A stretch of 56,547 nucleotides of DNA from contig SYMJ01000129.1 of assembly GCA_005805505.1 (NCBI GenBank), positions 1 through 56,547 of the forward strand, read 5' to 3'. The position numbers were made by a program, and so were the translations under genes. This stretch comes from Verrucomicrobiales bacterium. Lineage in GTDB: Bacteria > Verrucomicrobiota > Verrucomicrobiia > Limisphaerales > UBA9464. Positions 10,540 through 19,907 of this stretch are shown here, in pieces. The notes beneath the pieces are model-generated. The model ran no database searches and was not told where the DNA came from. It worked only from the letters and a program-made list of their open reading frames with translations. Position 1 is the stretch's first letter, and the number at the start of each line of letters is the position of its first letter.

Positions 10540-11316
10540 GTGCAATTAACGCACTCAGTAGACCCGCACGGGATTAAAGCAGCTGATCTCGTTCCAGAGG
10601 CCGGTGCCGATCGCTCGCATCTTGTCGGGTATTGGCTTCTTGGCTGGGCCCTTGTCGGATTACCGTTTCTGGGTCTGTTGTTTTGGTCCGATGATTGGTT
10701 GCGCTCGCAACGGTCAGCCTTGGGCGGAAAGGGTTGGAACCTCTTGGCATCGACCATCAGCGGTTCGGCCAATGGATTTGTTCTGATTCCCGCAGTTGTG
10801 GGGTTGGGGGTGTGGTTCAAACGTAGCTCGCAACGCAGGGCTGCCAGGCTCCTAGGGGCGATGTTGCTGTCCAGCCTTGTGTCAGGCGTTGCAGGCACGG
10901 GACTGCGATCGATCATCGGCAGGACCCGACCAGAGGTGTCGGTGGAGCAGGGGTGGTTTGGTCCACGCAAAGATGGACGTTGGATTATCGGACGCCACGC
11001 CTACGCATCGTTTCCCTCCGGACATGCTTCTTTAGCTGCAGGTTTGGGTTTTATGGCCTTCGTCTGGGGTGCTCGTACTGGAGGCCTGGGTCTAGCTTTT
11101 GCACTTGCGGTGGGTTGGTCCCGGTTCCATCTGGGAGCCCATCGGGCTTCAGACGTATGGGCTGGTTTGCTCGTTGGAGCGCTGACGGTCACCCTTTTAT
11201 GGCCATCCTGCTGGGCTTGGGTCCATCGAGGGAAGCGACCCAGTGGGTGGCCATGGAGTGGGTGGGTGGTGGGAGAAATTTCTCACAACACCCCGGTCGA
11301 CTCTCGACAGGGCTGA
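10540..11316 (+). CDS. PAP2 family membrane phosphatase
   Basis: C1 RSIIGRTRP, C2 SFPSGH, C3 SRFHLGAHRASDV; TM helices; start uncertain. Confidence 0.88.
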   Translation: MQLTHSVDPHGIKAADLVPEAGADRSHLVGYWLLGWALVGLPFLGLLFWSDDWLRSQRSALGGKGWNLLASTISGSANGFVLIPAVVGLGVWFKRSSQRRAARLLGAMLLSSLVSGVAGTGLRSIIGRTRPEVSVEQGWFGPRKDGRWIIGRHAYASFPSGHASLAAGLGFMAFVWGARTGGLGLAFALAVGWSRFHLGAHRASDVWAGLLVGALTVTLLWPSCWAWVHRGKRPSGWPWSGWVVGEISHNTPVDSRQG

Positions 11317-11520
11317 ACTCGACGCCCTTGGGGCTCGAGGTGATGTCACTGTGTTTGGATGGGTTCTAATTCATGCCCCAGAGACTGTAAGAGAACCCAG
11401 CGTTTCTTTCTGATTCGTAGACGAGATCTAAAGTTTGTCCCGGCAATGGGCGATAAACAGGAATGGTCAGGTCCGAGGCTCCTTTTCATGGGCGACTCGC
11501 GATCACGGCTTGTAGGCGCC

Positions 11521-12891
11521 ATGCAAATTCAAACCGTTCACAATCGTATCCTGATACTGACTGTTTCCGCTGCAATCGTACCTATTCTAATAGTTTCAGT
11601 TCGAGGGCTGTTGGGAGAGGGGATCGGTAAGTATTCTAGCTGGTGGATTGCGGCCGTTGCCGCAGCGTCGATAGGCGCTTTGGGTTCCTTGACCCGAACG
11701 GCCTTGGCCGACTTTGAGAAAATGCCCGCCCAAGAGTTCGAAGACACCCAAGGCAAGGCGCTGGCGGAGGCCTTTCGGGCACTAGCGACTGCTGAGAAGA
11801 AGTGCAAGGATCTCGAGTCCCAGAACGAACGCCTCCAAGATCGATCTGTTTTTCTCCAGGGAAAGATCCGCGATTTGGAGGCGGAGATGATTGCTAAAAC
11901 TGAGCCAAAACCGCTGGGGATTCTCGATGGATTGCGCTCGATGATCAGCAAGGCGGGTGAGCGAGTGACCACCACACTCACTGGGGGGGCTCAGTTGGAA
12001 GTTGGTTTGGCATTGTCTAAGGAAGAAGTCGATGGGGTGCAAATCATGCTCGATTCTTTGGGACGCAAACTGGCCCGTCCTCCGGTTGAAGAAATGATGG
12101 AGGCCAACACTGGCGAATATTCCACCCGAATGCTGTTGGTTGAGGACGATCAGACCAGCCGTCGTCTCATAAGGGCCCTGCTTCCCAAAGAACTTAAAGT
12201 GTCCATGACCGAGGCCGAAGACGGTCAGGCGGCGTTGAGCATGATGGAGAAGCCCCCGTACCCGGATATCATTGTCTGTGACGTGTTGATGCCCAACATG
12301 GATGGATTGGAGTTCATTGCCCGCCTTCGCGCCCTTCCGCGATTCTCCAATATCCCGGTGGTCATGATCTCGGCCAATGCGTTCAAGGACAACGTTGCTA
12401 AGGCGGCCGCCCTCAAAGTGACTCGTTTTTTGAGCAAACCCTTGGAGCGGAAAGACTTGAGCGACGCCATCGAGGCCGCCCTGAAGGAGGTCAGTAGCAA
12501 GGGGTCGGCCCTCTTCGAGGCTCAGCAACGCCTGTGTCTCGATGACAAGGCCTACTTCGAGTTGTCGACGGGTTTCTCGCGTGCCATCGGCGAGTCCATC
12601 ACCTTTGTGCGTTCTTCGATTAGCCGGGATCGATGGCAGGCTGCGGCTCTACGCGTCAACGCCCTCAGAGGATCCATCCAGATGGTGGGCGACGAGCGTC
12701 TCTCGGTGGTCATTACGCGGCTTGAAGCTCAGTTGAGGCTGGCTGACATCACCGGCGTTACCATTGAGCTCGAGACGCTCGAGCAGGAAAACGAGCGCTT
12801 CATGCGCACTTTGGTCCACCTCTACACTGCAGAACTAAAACCCGCTTCCGAGGGAGCCAATTCTAACATGGCTGTAAAAACTCCGAACTGA
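11521..12891 (+). CDS. Membrane-anchored response regulator (2 TM, coiled coil, receiver, HPt-like domain)
   Basis: Receiver LLVEDD...CDVLMPNMDG...ISA...SKP; C-terminal NALRGSIQMVG resembles HPt; start could be 11446 or 11488. Confidence 0.8.
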   Translation: MQIQTVHNRILILTVSAAIVPILIVSVRGLLGEGIGKYSSWWIAAVAAASIGALGSLTRTALADFEKMPAQEFEDTQGKALAEAFRALATAEKKCKDLESQNERLQDRSVFLQGKIRDLEAEMIAKTEPKPLGILDGLRSMISKAGERVTTTLTGGAQLEVGLALSKEEVDGVQIMLDSLGRKLARPPVEEMMEANTGEYSTRMLLVEDDQTSRRLIRALLPKELKVSMTEAEDGQAALSMMEKPPYPDIIVCDVLMPNMDGLEFIARLRALPRFSNIPVVMISANAFKDNVAKAAALKVTRFLSKPLERKDLSDAIEAALKEVSSKGSALFEAQQRLCLDDKAYFELSTGFSRAIGESITFVRSSISRDRWQAAALRVNALRGSIQMVGDERLSVVITRLEAQLRLADITGVTIELETLEQENERFMRTLVHLYTAELKPASEGANSNMAVKTPN

Positions 12892-12991
12892 TGCCCGTTC
12901 AGCGCGCGCCTTGGGGTTCTGGCGCCGGAGGTCAGGCATTCACCCGGTTGAATTCAAAGCCCACATGAGGTGTGTCCGATTTTGGCAGCAC

Positions 12992-13036
12992 AGGCATAAG
13001 GCTGAGCGGCATCAGGCCGAGCGCCATGAGGCCGGT
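12992..13036 (+). repeat. 3 x 15-nt degenerate tandem repeat
   Basis: AGGCATAAGGCTGAG / CGGCATCAGGCCGAG / CGCCATGAGGCCGGT. Confidence 0.6.
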
Positions 13037-13104
13037 CGGAAACTGGAACGGCCGCTGTGCAAAGCCTTCTTCCTCAAACGCAGCACTGGCCGTAGCCTCC
13101 GCGA

Positions 13105-15273
13105 GTGATTTCGTTGGCCGATACTTCCGCGGGACAGGAGCCCACCGATTGGGTGGAGCCTGTTCGGGAGATCTTTTCCCCAAGCGGACTGCTTTCCCGG
13201 GCCAGCAACTTTGAGTACCGCCCTGAGCAACAGCAGATGGCTATGGCCGTCGCCTCGGCACTTCAGAACCGCCAGCATTTGCTTGTGGAGGCCGGTACCG
13301 GTGTTGGTAAAAGTTTTGCATACCTGATTCCGGCAATTCTATTTGCCGTTGGGCGCAAGAAGAAGGCGGTGATCTCCACCCACACGATTAATTTGCAGGA
13401 GCAGTTGGTGGAGAAAGATCTGCCCGTCCTGAAGCAGGTGCTCCCGGTAGACTTCAGTTTCGCGATGCTGAAGGGGCGCTCGAATTACTTGTGCACCCGC
13501 CGCCTGCGCAAGGCCATGCAGCAATGTGATTCGCTCTTTACCTCCCCGGAAGCGGCCGAGTTGCGTCGGATCGAAGAGTGGAGTCGCACCACCCAAGATG
13601 GTTCGCTGAGTGACTTCTCGGTGGAACCCGATCCCAAGGTCTGGGAGCACGTCTGCTCTGAGCGCGGGTTGTGCACTCCCAAGAAATGCGGTTTCCAGAG
13701 TGATCAGGCCAAGTTGGGGCCCGTTTGTTTCTTCCAGCGCGCCCGCCAGAAGATTCTCGGAGCCGATGTGTTGGTGCTCAACCACACCCTGTTTTTTACA
13801 TTGCTCAACGGAGTCGAGTCCGATCCCGAGGGCGGTGTCCTTTTCAAGAACGACTTCGTAATCTTCGATGAGGCTCACATGGTCGAATCGGTCGCTGCGC
13901 GGCATATCGGGGTGCGGGTAAGCAGCGGCCAAGTCCGCTATGCGCTCCAGCGTCTCTGGAACCCACGGACCGAGAAGGGCCTTTTGTCCACCTTGCGTTC
14001 GGCATCCAACGTTCGATTGGTGTCGGATGTGCTGAAGGAGACCGACGACTTTTTTGTGCGGGTGGAGGACTCCTGCCAGGAGTTAGCCCGATCGGCGACC
14101 CCGTCGGACTCGGATCGGCCTACGCCCAGTGAACAGCCCTCCCGGGTTTGGAAAGAGTTGCGGATCCGCAGGCCAGACCTTGTCCAAGACAGCCTGACCC
14201 TACCGCTGCAGCGCTTGCGCGAGCAAATCCATGAGCTCATCCAGACCTCCGAAGACAAGGAGACGGGCGAGGAGTTGATGGAATGCAACCGTCGCTTGGC
14301 AGACCTTAAAGTGGCCGTCTCCACTTTTCTGAGTCAGACAGCCGAGGATCATGTCTATTGGGTGGAGCGTTCTGGGAAGACTCAGAAGAATCTTTCGTTG
14401 AATGCGGCTCCGGTCGAGGTGGCCGACTTTTTACGTCAGCGGCTCTTTGAATCGGGAACTTCCGTGATCCTGACCAGCGCCACCCTCGGAACGACAGGGC
14501 CTTCCGGAGCGGCCGCCGCCCCTTCGATTCCGCTGCCGCGGTCCCCGATGTCCGCGGCGTACCCCGCGGGCTCCGCGCTTCCCAGAGCAGGCTCAATAGC
14601 GGCGCTTCGCTATGTGGCCGGAAGGGTAGGGGGTGAAGAGGCCCAGGGGCTTCAGGTGGGTTCGCCGTTTGATTATCCCCGGCAAATGACCTTGTTCGTC
14701 GCAGGCAAGATGCCCGATCCCCGGGAAGCGGGTTATGAGGACGCGCTAGTTCATTGGATCGAGCACTTCATTACTCGGACCCATGGCAAGGCCTTCGTGT
14801 TGTTCACGAGTCACCGATTGATGCTCCAGGTCGCGGGGCGGATGGAGTCGTTCTTTGGTCGACTGGGACTCGAGTGCTACGTGCAGAACACCGGAATGCC
14901 TCGATCGACCATGTTGGAAAAATTTCGAGAAAACCGAGATTCGGTCCTCTTTGGAACCGACAGCTTTTGGCAGGGGGTGGACGTGCCGGGTGATGCTCTG
15001 AGCAATGTCATTATTACCCGGTTGCCCTTTGCCGTGCCGGACCACCCGTTGGTGGAGGCCCGGATCGAGCAAATCGAAGCCGAGGGCGGCAACGCCTTCA
15101 GCGCCTTCAGCCTTCCAGAGGCCATTCTCAAGTTCCGGCAGGGTGTCGGCCGGCTCATCCGAACCAAGACCGACACCGGGATCGTGGTGATTTTAGACAA
15201 TCGCGTGCTGACCAAACGCTACGGCAAGGCGTTTCTGGAGTCGGTTCCCCCGTGCCCGATGGAGATTGTTTGA
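13105..15273 (+). CDS. dinG: DinG/YoaA family ATP-dependent DNA helicase (Fe-S)
   Basis: RPEQ Q-motif, EAGTGVGKS, KGRSNYLC, Fe-S cysteines, DEAH, TSAT, FWQGVDVPG, QGVGRLIR. Confidence 0.92.
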   Translation: MISLADTSAGQEPTDWVEPVREIFSPSGLLSRASNFEYRPEQQQMAMAVASALQNRQHLLVEAGTGVGKSFAYLIPAILFAVGRKKKAVISTHTINLQEQLVEKDLPVLKQVLPVDFSFAMLKGRSNYLCTRRLRKAMQQCDSLFTSPEAAELRRIEEWSRTTQDGSLSDFSVEPDPKVWEHVCSERGLCTPKKCGFQSDQAKLGPVCFFQRARQKILGADVLVLNHTLFFTLLNGVESDPEGGVLFKNDFVIFDEAHMVESVAARHIGVRVSSGQVRYALQRLWNPRTEKGLLSTLRSASNVRLVSDVLKETDDFFVRVEDSCQELARSATPSDSDRPTPSEQPSRVWKELRIRRPDLVQDSLTLPLQRLREQIHELIQTSEDKETGEELMECNRRLADLKVAVSTFLSQTAEDHVYWVERSGKTQKNLSLNAAPVEVADFLRQRLFESGTSVILTSATLGTTGPSGAAAAPSIPLPRSPMSAAYPAGSALPRAGSIAALRYVAGRVGGEEAQGLQVGSPFDYPRQMTLFVAGKMPDPREAGYEDALVHWIEHFITRTHGKAFVLFTSHRLMLQVAGRMESFFGRLGLECYVQNTGMPRSTMLEKFRENRDSVLFGTDSFWQGVDVPGDALSNVIITRLPFAVPDHPLVEARIEQIEAEGGNAFSAFSLPEAILKFRQGVGRLIRTKTDTGIVVILDNRVLTKRYGKAFLESVPPCPMEIV

Positions 15274-15364
15274 AAGGCTCGGCCCGGATCCATTGTTGGT
15301 TTCTTCCCGTGAACCCACGGTTCAATGCTTCCCTCGCGCCTCTCGGCTTCGGTAGGTTGGGGCC

Positions 15365-16237
15365 GTGCATTTCCGCAAGGTGACGTTGGTGGGCGTGGGC
15401 CTGCTGGGCGGTTCGCTCGGTATGGCGCTTCGGCGCCGTGGCCTGGCGGATGAGGTCCAGGGCTTCGTCCGGCGGGCTTCCTCGGTGGCCGAGTGCCTAG
15501 CTCTGGGCGTGGTGGACCGGTGTTCGCGCAATCTGGCCGAGGCCGTGGTGGATGCCGACCTAGTGGTCTTGTGTTCCCCGGTCGGGCAGAGTCCTGGGTT
15601 GTTCCGAGAAATGTCCCGGCACTTGTCACCCGATTGTCTGGTGACGGATGTGGGCAGCGTGAAATCCGATCTGGTGGCCGAGATTGAGCCGTTGGCCCAA
15701 GGGGCGGGCGTTCGATTTGTCGGCAGTCATCCGATGGCCGGGGCCGAGAAGAGTGGTCCGGCCCATGCCCGGGCTGACCTGTTCGAGGGAGCTGTCTGCG
15801 TGGTGACTCCTACGACGGCGAGCGCCCCCTCCGCCGTGCTCGCCATCCGATCCTTGTGGGAGGCGGTGGGCTCGCGGGTGCTTCAAATGAACCCGGTGCT
15901 CCACGACGATTTGGTGGCCCGCTGCAGTCACCTGCCGCATGTGGTGGCCGCTGAGTTGGCCAACTACGTCCTCAGCCCGGTCCACCCGAAGGAACAATCC
16001 GATCTCTGCGCCGGCGGATTTCGCGACACCACCCGGATTGCCTCCGGGTCTCCAGAAATGTGGAGAGACATCGCCTTGGCCAACCGGCGTCACCTCTCCC
16101 GGGTGCTGGGAGTCTTCATCGAGGATTTGTCTGAATTCCGACTGGCTCTGGACGCGGGTGACGAGAAATCCATCGAAGATTTCTTCCGCCAGGCCAAATC
16201 CCGAAGAGATCTCCGCTTTCCCGATCCCGAGCCCTAG
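15365..16237 (+). CDS. tyrA: Prephenate/arogenate dehydrogenase
   Basis: GVGLLGGS Rossmann motif, TDVGSVK, GSHPMAG, SHLPH, GFRDTTRIA. Confidence 0.93.
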   Translation: MHFRKVTLVGVGLLGGSLGMALRRRGLADEVQGFVRRASSVAECLALGVVDRCSRNLAEAVVDADLVVLCSPVGQSPGLFREMSRHLSPDCLVTDVGSVKSDLVAEIEPLAQGAGVRFVGSHPMAGAEKSGPAHARADLFEGAVCVVTPTTASAPSAVLAIRSLWEAVGSRVLQMNPVLHDDLVARCSHLPHVVAAELANYVLSPVHPKEQSDLCAGGFRDTTRIASGSPEMWRDIALANRRHLSRVLGVFIEDLSEFRLALDAGDEKSIEDFFRQAKSRRDLRFPDPEP

Positions 16238-16253
16238 AAAACCGCCTGAGCCG

Positions 16254-17522
16254 ATGCCGCTGCCCGACCTCATTGAGATCGTTCCTCCGCCTTCTCCCAC
16301 CTTCGTGTCCATCACGGTACCGGGATCCAAGAGCATCACCAATCGTGCTCTTATCTTGGCGGCCTTGTCGTCCGGCACGGTCACGCTGACCGGGGCCTTG
16401 TGGAGCGAAGACACGCACGTCATGACCGAGTGCTTGCGTCAGTTGGGATTTGCTGTGGGTGTGGCCCAAGACCTCGCCGAGGAGGCTAATCGCGTGATTC
16501 AGGTGGAAGGGTTGGGGGGGCGGATTCCAAGGGCCGGCACGGAGTCCTCACCCTTAGAATTGTATGTGGGCAATGCCGGGACGGCGGCCCGTTTTCTGGC
16601 GGCCATGGTGTGCTTGGGAGAGGGGTGCTACCGGTTGTCAGGGGTGCCCCGAATGCATGAGCGCCCCCAGGCGGCCTTGCTTCAGGCCCTCCGCTCGTTG
16701 GGATACCGGGTGGACGCACCCGGAGACCGTCTGCCTGCCGTGATCCACGGATCCGGTCCTCGGTCTGGGGCATGCCGGGTCAGCGTAGCGGAGAGTTCGC
16801 AATTCGCTTCGGCCCTCCTGCTTCCGGGGAAGGTGGCGGGTTGGGAAGTGCAAATCGCCGACGCCAATCCGGATGAGTTGCCGTATGTCGAAATGACCCG
16901 TCGACTGGTCGAGTCCTTCCCGCACTCCGGCGGCAATTTCCAGGTGGAGCCCGACGCCTCTAGCGGCAGTTACTTTTGGGGCGCCGCCCGTTTGATGGGC
17001 AAAAACCGGGTCGAAGTCGCCCGTTGGCCCAATTCGGGATGGCAGATCGATGCACGGTATCCGGACTTCCTCGATCTGCCGGCCGAGGTTTCGCGCGAGA
17101 GCGATCTGGGAGACAGCATCATGACGGCCATCACGCTGGCTTCCTTAGAAAACCATCCGGTCCGCTTTACCGACTTGGGGCGTTTACGCCTGCAAGAATG
17201 CGAGCGGGTCCAGGCGCTGCGCACCGAATTAATTAAGTGCGGTGCCAGCGTGACCGAGTCCGGTGACAGCCTGCTGATCCGTCCCTCAATCCTGCACGGG
17301 GCCGAGATCGAAACCTACGACGACCACCGCATGGCCATGTGCTTCGCCATGCTGGGGTTAAGGATTCCTGGTATGCGATTGGGCAACCCTCGCTGCGTCC
17401 GCAAGACCTTCCCCAATTTCTTCCGCAAACTGGCCGGGTCGCCCCCCTTTGGTCTTGGGGCGATCATTCTCGATGCCACCACCGGTCGAGTGCTCCCCCT
17501 GAACGAACTCAACGCTGAATGA
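16254..17522 (+). CDS. aroA: 3-phosphoshikimate 1-carboxyvinyltransferase (EPSP synthase)
   Basis: PGSKSITNRAL, GNAGTAARF, MHERP, SSQF, DHRMAM, VRKTFP; start ATG 16254 (upstream ORF extension overlaps tyrA). Confidence 0.93.
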   Translation: MPLPDLIEIVPPPSPTFVSITVPGSKSITNRALILAALSSGTVTLTGALWSEDTHVMTECLRQLGFAVGVAQDLAEEANRVIQVEGLGGRIPRAGTESSPLELYVGNAGTAARFLAAMVCLGEGCYRLSGVPRMHERPQAALLQALRSLGYRVDAPGDRLPAVIHGSGPRSGACRVSVAESSQFASALLLPGKVAGWEVQIADANPDELPYVEMTRRLVESFPHSGGNFQVEPDASSGSYFWGAARLMGKNRVEVARWPNSGWQIDARYPDFLDLPAEVSRESDLGDSIMTAITLASLENHPVRFTDLGRLRLQECERVQALRTELIKCGASVTESGDSLLIRPSILHGAEIETYDDHRMAMCFAMLGLRIPGMRLGNPRCVRKTFPNFFRKLAGSPPFGLGAIILDATTGRVLPLNELNAE

Positions 17523-18220
17523 AGACCAAGACACTCAAGCTCCCCCAAGTCATTGCGGTCGACGGTCCCAGCGCGTCGGGCAAGGGGACCTTGTCCCGTC
17601 GGATGGCCCGCGAATTGGCCTATATTTATGTCGATTCGGGAGCCATGTACCGGACGCTGGCCTGGTATTGCTTGCAGCGGCAAATTCGACTCGAAAAGCC
17701 CATGACCGACGCCGACGAAAAGGCCGTCGTTCGTCAGCTTCGCAGCTGGAAATGGGAGCTCCGCGTGATCGACGATCAGGCATGGATCCATGTCGATGGG
17801 TATTTCCCAGCGACCGAGATTCGCACCGATGTCGTCGAGAAGGCGGTCCCGGTCGTCGCACAAATTGGCAAGGTTCGGGACTGGATGGTGGCCCGACAGC
17901 GGGACTGTGCCGCCCTCGGGCCGCTGGTCATGGAGGGACGCGATATCGGCACCGAGGTGTTCCCGTTGGCCCCGGTGAAATTCTTTCTCGAGGCCGATGC
18001 CGCAGAGCGTCAGCGCCGGATTACCGACCGTGGGGGATCCACCGACGGAGCCTGGCGCGATAGCATGGACATCCATCGCAAGAAAGGGGCACTAATCCCG
18101 GCTCTCGATTCCGTCCGCATCAACAACACCGGACAAACCCCGGACGAGACCTTTGCCGTGCTCATGGGCCATGTCCGCGAGCGCCTCGGGTCCCGTTTGG
18201 AGAATCCGAAGCAGGAATGA
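17519..18220 (+). CDS. cmk: Cytidylate kinase
   Basis: IAVDGPSASGKGT, DSGAMYR, VMEGRDIGT; ATGA overlap with aroA. Confidence 0.93.
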   Translation: MKTKTLKLPQVIAVDGPSASGKGTLSRRMARELAYIYVDSGAMYRTLAWYCLQRQIRLEKPMTDADEKAVVRQLRSWKWELRVIDDQAWIHVDGYFPATEIRTDVVEKAVPVVAQIGKVRDWMVARQRDCAALGPLVMEGRDIGTEVFPLAPVKFFLEADAAERQRRITDRGGSTDGAWRDSMDIHRKKGALIPALDSVRINNTGQTPDETFAVLMGHVRERLGSRLENPKQE

Positions 18221-18224
18221 TCTG

Positions 18225-19907
18225 ATGGCTCCGACCCCTCGAACGATGCGGATCGGGTGGCTGCTTAAGCTGCTGTTGGGATGGGTCTGGATCGGTTCCT
18301 GGGTTGCCGAGGCTGCCGGCAATGAGGTGTTGGTCATCTACAATGCTCAGATGCCTGCCTCCGAGGCGGTGGCACGGCATTATGCCCGGCGGAGGTCGGT
18401 GCCGGATTCCCAACTTTTGGGCCTTCGCCTTCCTGATTCGGGGACCATTTCCCGTGCGGACTACATTTCAGGGATTCAGGAACCGGTCCGCAGGCATCTC
18501 GTGGAAAAAGGCTTGGCGGAGTGGGTGCCCGATTCCAGTTCGCCGCCGCAGGGTCGCAAGGCAACGGCCCGGAATCGCCTGCGTCTCATCCGCTCGGAGA
18601 TTCGCTACCTGCTTCTGTGCTATGGGGTGCCGTGGTATATTCCTCACGACCCGTCGATGCGCAGTGAAACAGGGGGCATCCCTGCCCAATTTTTGCGCAA
18701 TGACGCCTCGGTGGACGATGAGTTGGCCTTGCTGCCTCGGCTGGGTTTTAACGACCCGATTGCGACCTCCCCCAATCCTGTGGTCGGAGCCACCAATGCG
18801 GCCCAGATCCACCCCACGAATGGCGTCTTCATGGTGACGCGGTTGGACGGACCCACGCCGGAGATCGCTCGGGGCCTGGTGGACAAGGCGCTGGAGGCCG
18901 AGTCTCGGGGATTGTGGGGGCATGCCTACATTGACCTGCGAGCCATTACCAATGGGCCCTATTGGTGGGGCGACCGGATGATTACCAATGCAGCGGTGGC
19001 CGCCAAACGGCTGGGATTCGAGACCTTCGTCGACAATCAACCCGCGAGCTTGGGAGTCGGATATCCCCTGAGTCAGGTGGCCCTCTATGTGGGTTGGTAC
19101 GACAGTGGGGTGACTGGACCGTTCTACCGGGCCAGCGTCGAATTCCTCCCTGGAGCCTTCGCCTACCACTTGCATTCCTTTAGCGCGGCCAACCTTAGAT
19201 CGGCCTCCGAAAACTGGGTGGGCCCGCTCCTAGCCCGCGGAGCCACCGCCACCATGGGTTGTGTGGCTGAGCCTTATTTGGAGTTCACCCCCAATCCGGC
19301 CATGTTCCTGGAACGTTGGGGATACGTCGGGATGACCCTGGGCGAAGCGGCAACCGCGGCGCACCCGGTGCTGTCCTGGCAGACGGTGGTGGTGGGAGAT
19401 CCGTTGTACCGGCCGTTTGGTCGCCTGCTGGCTGACGATGGCAAACGCCTGGATGCTGCCAACGATCCGTCGACGGCCTACGCGCTGGTCCGCAACGCCA
19501 ACTTCCAACTCATGGCGGGCCGCCCGGTGGAAGCAGTGCGCGACCAGCTCGAGGGACAACGCTGGGCCACTAATCATGCTGTCGTGGCCGAAAAAATAGG
19601 ACGTCTGTACTGGTCGAGCATCCGGGTCCGCCGGGCTTTGGAGTGGTATGACACGGCCCTAGGTCTGACCAACGCCACACCGATGCAGCGTCGTCGCCTG
19701 CTGCTGGACAGCATCGAGGCCCATCGTGTCCTCGGGCAGCCGGCCGAGGCGTACCAATGTCTAGAACAGATCATTGTCACGTCGCCTCCGGATGTAGACA
19801 TTCAGGATCTACGCATCCGTCAATTGCAGTTCGCCCGCGACATGCGGGATGTGGAAAAAATCACCGCCGTTTCCAATGAAGTTCAGCGCCTGGGTGGGAA
19901 GCGGTGA
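18225..19907 (+). CDS. TIGR03790 family secreted protein with C-terminal TPR-like helices
   Basis: Signal peptide then EVLVIYN..SEAVARHYARRR, ASVDDEL, MVTRLDG, GWY, AYHLHSFSA, GCVAEPY, SWQTVVVGDPLYRPF. Confidence 0.82.
   Translation: MAPTPRTMRIGWLLKLLLGWVWIGSWVAEAAGNEVLVIYNAQMPASEAVARHYARRRSVPDSQLLGLRLPDSGTISRADYISGIQEPVRRHLVEKGLAEWVPDSSSPPQGRKATARNRLRLIRSEIRYLLLCYGVPWYIPHDPSMRSETGGIPAQFLRNDASVDDELALLPRLGFNDPIATSPNPVVGATNAAQIHPTNGVFMVTRLDGPTPEIARGLVDKALEAESRGLWGHAYIDLRAITNGPYWWGDRMITNAAVAAKRLGFETFVDNQPASLGVGYPLSQVALYVGWYDSGVTGPFYRASVEFLPGAFAYHLHSFSAANLRSASENWVGPLLARGATATMGCVAEPYLEFTPNPAMFLERWGYVGMTLGEAATAAHPVLSWQTVVVGDPLYRPFGRLLADDGKRLDAANDPSTAYALVRNANFQLMAGRPVEAVRDQLEGQRWATNHAVVAEKIGRLYWSSIRVRRALEWYDTALGLTNATPMQRRRLLLDSIEAHRVLGQPAEAYQCLEQIIVTSPPDVDIQDLRIRQLQFARDMRDVEKITAVSNEVQRLGGKR

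Noticed and set aside
15939-16253. 105-aa N-terminal extension of AroA
   Set aside because: Overlaps tyrA in another frame; AroA similarity begins at ATG 16254
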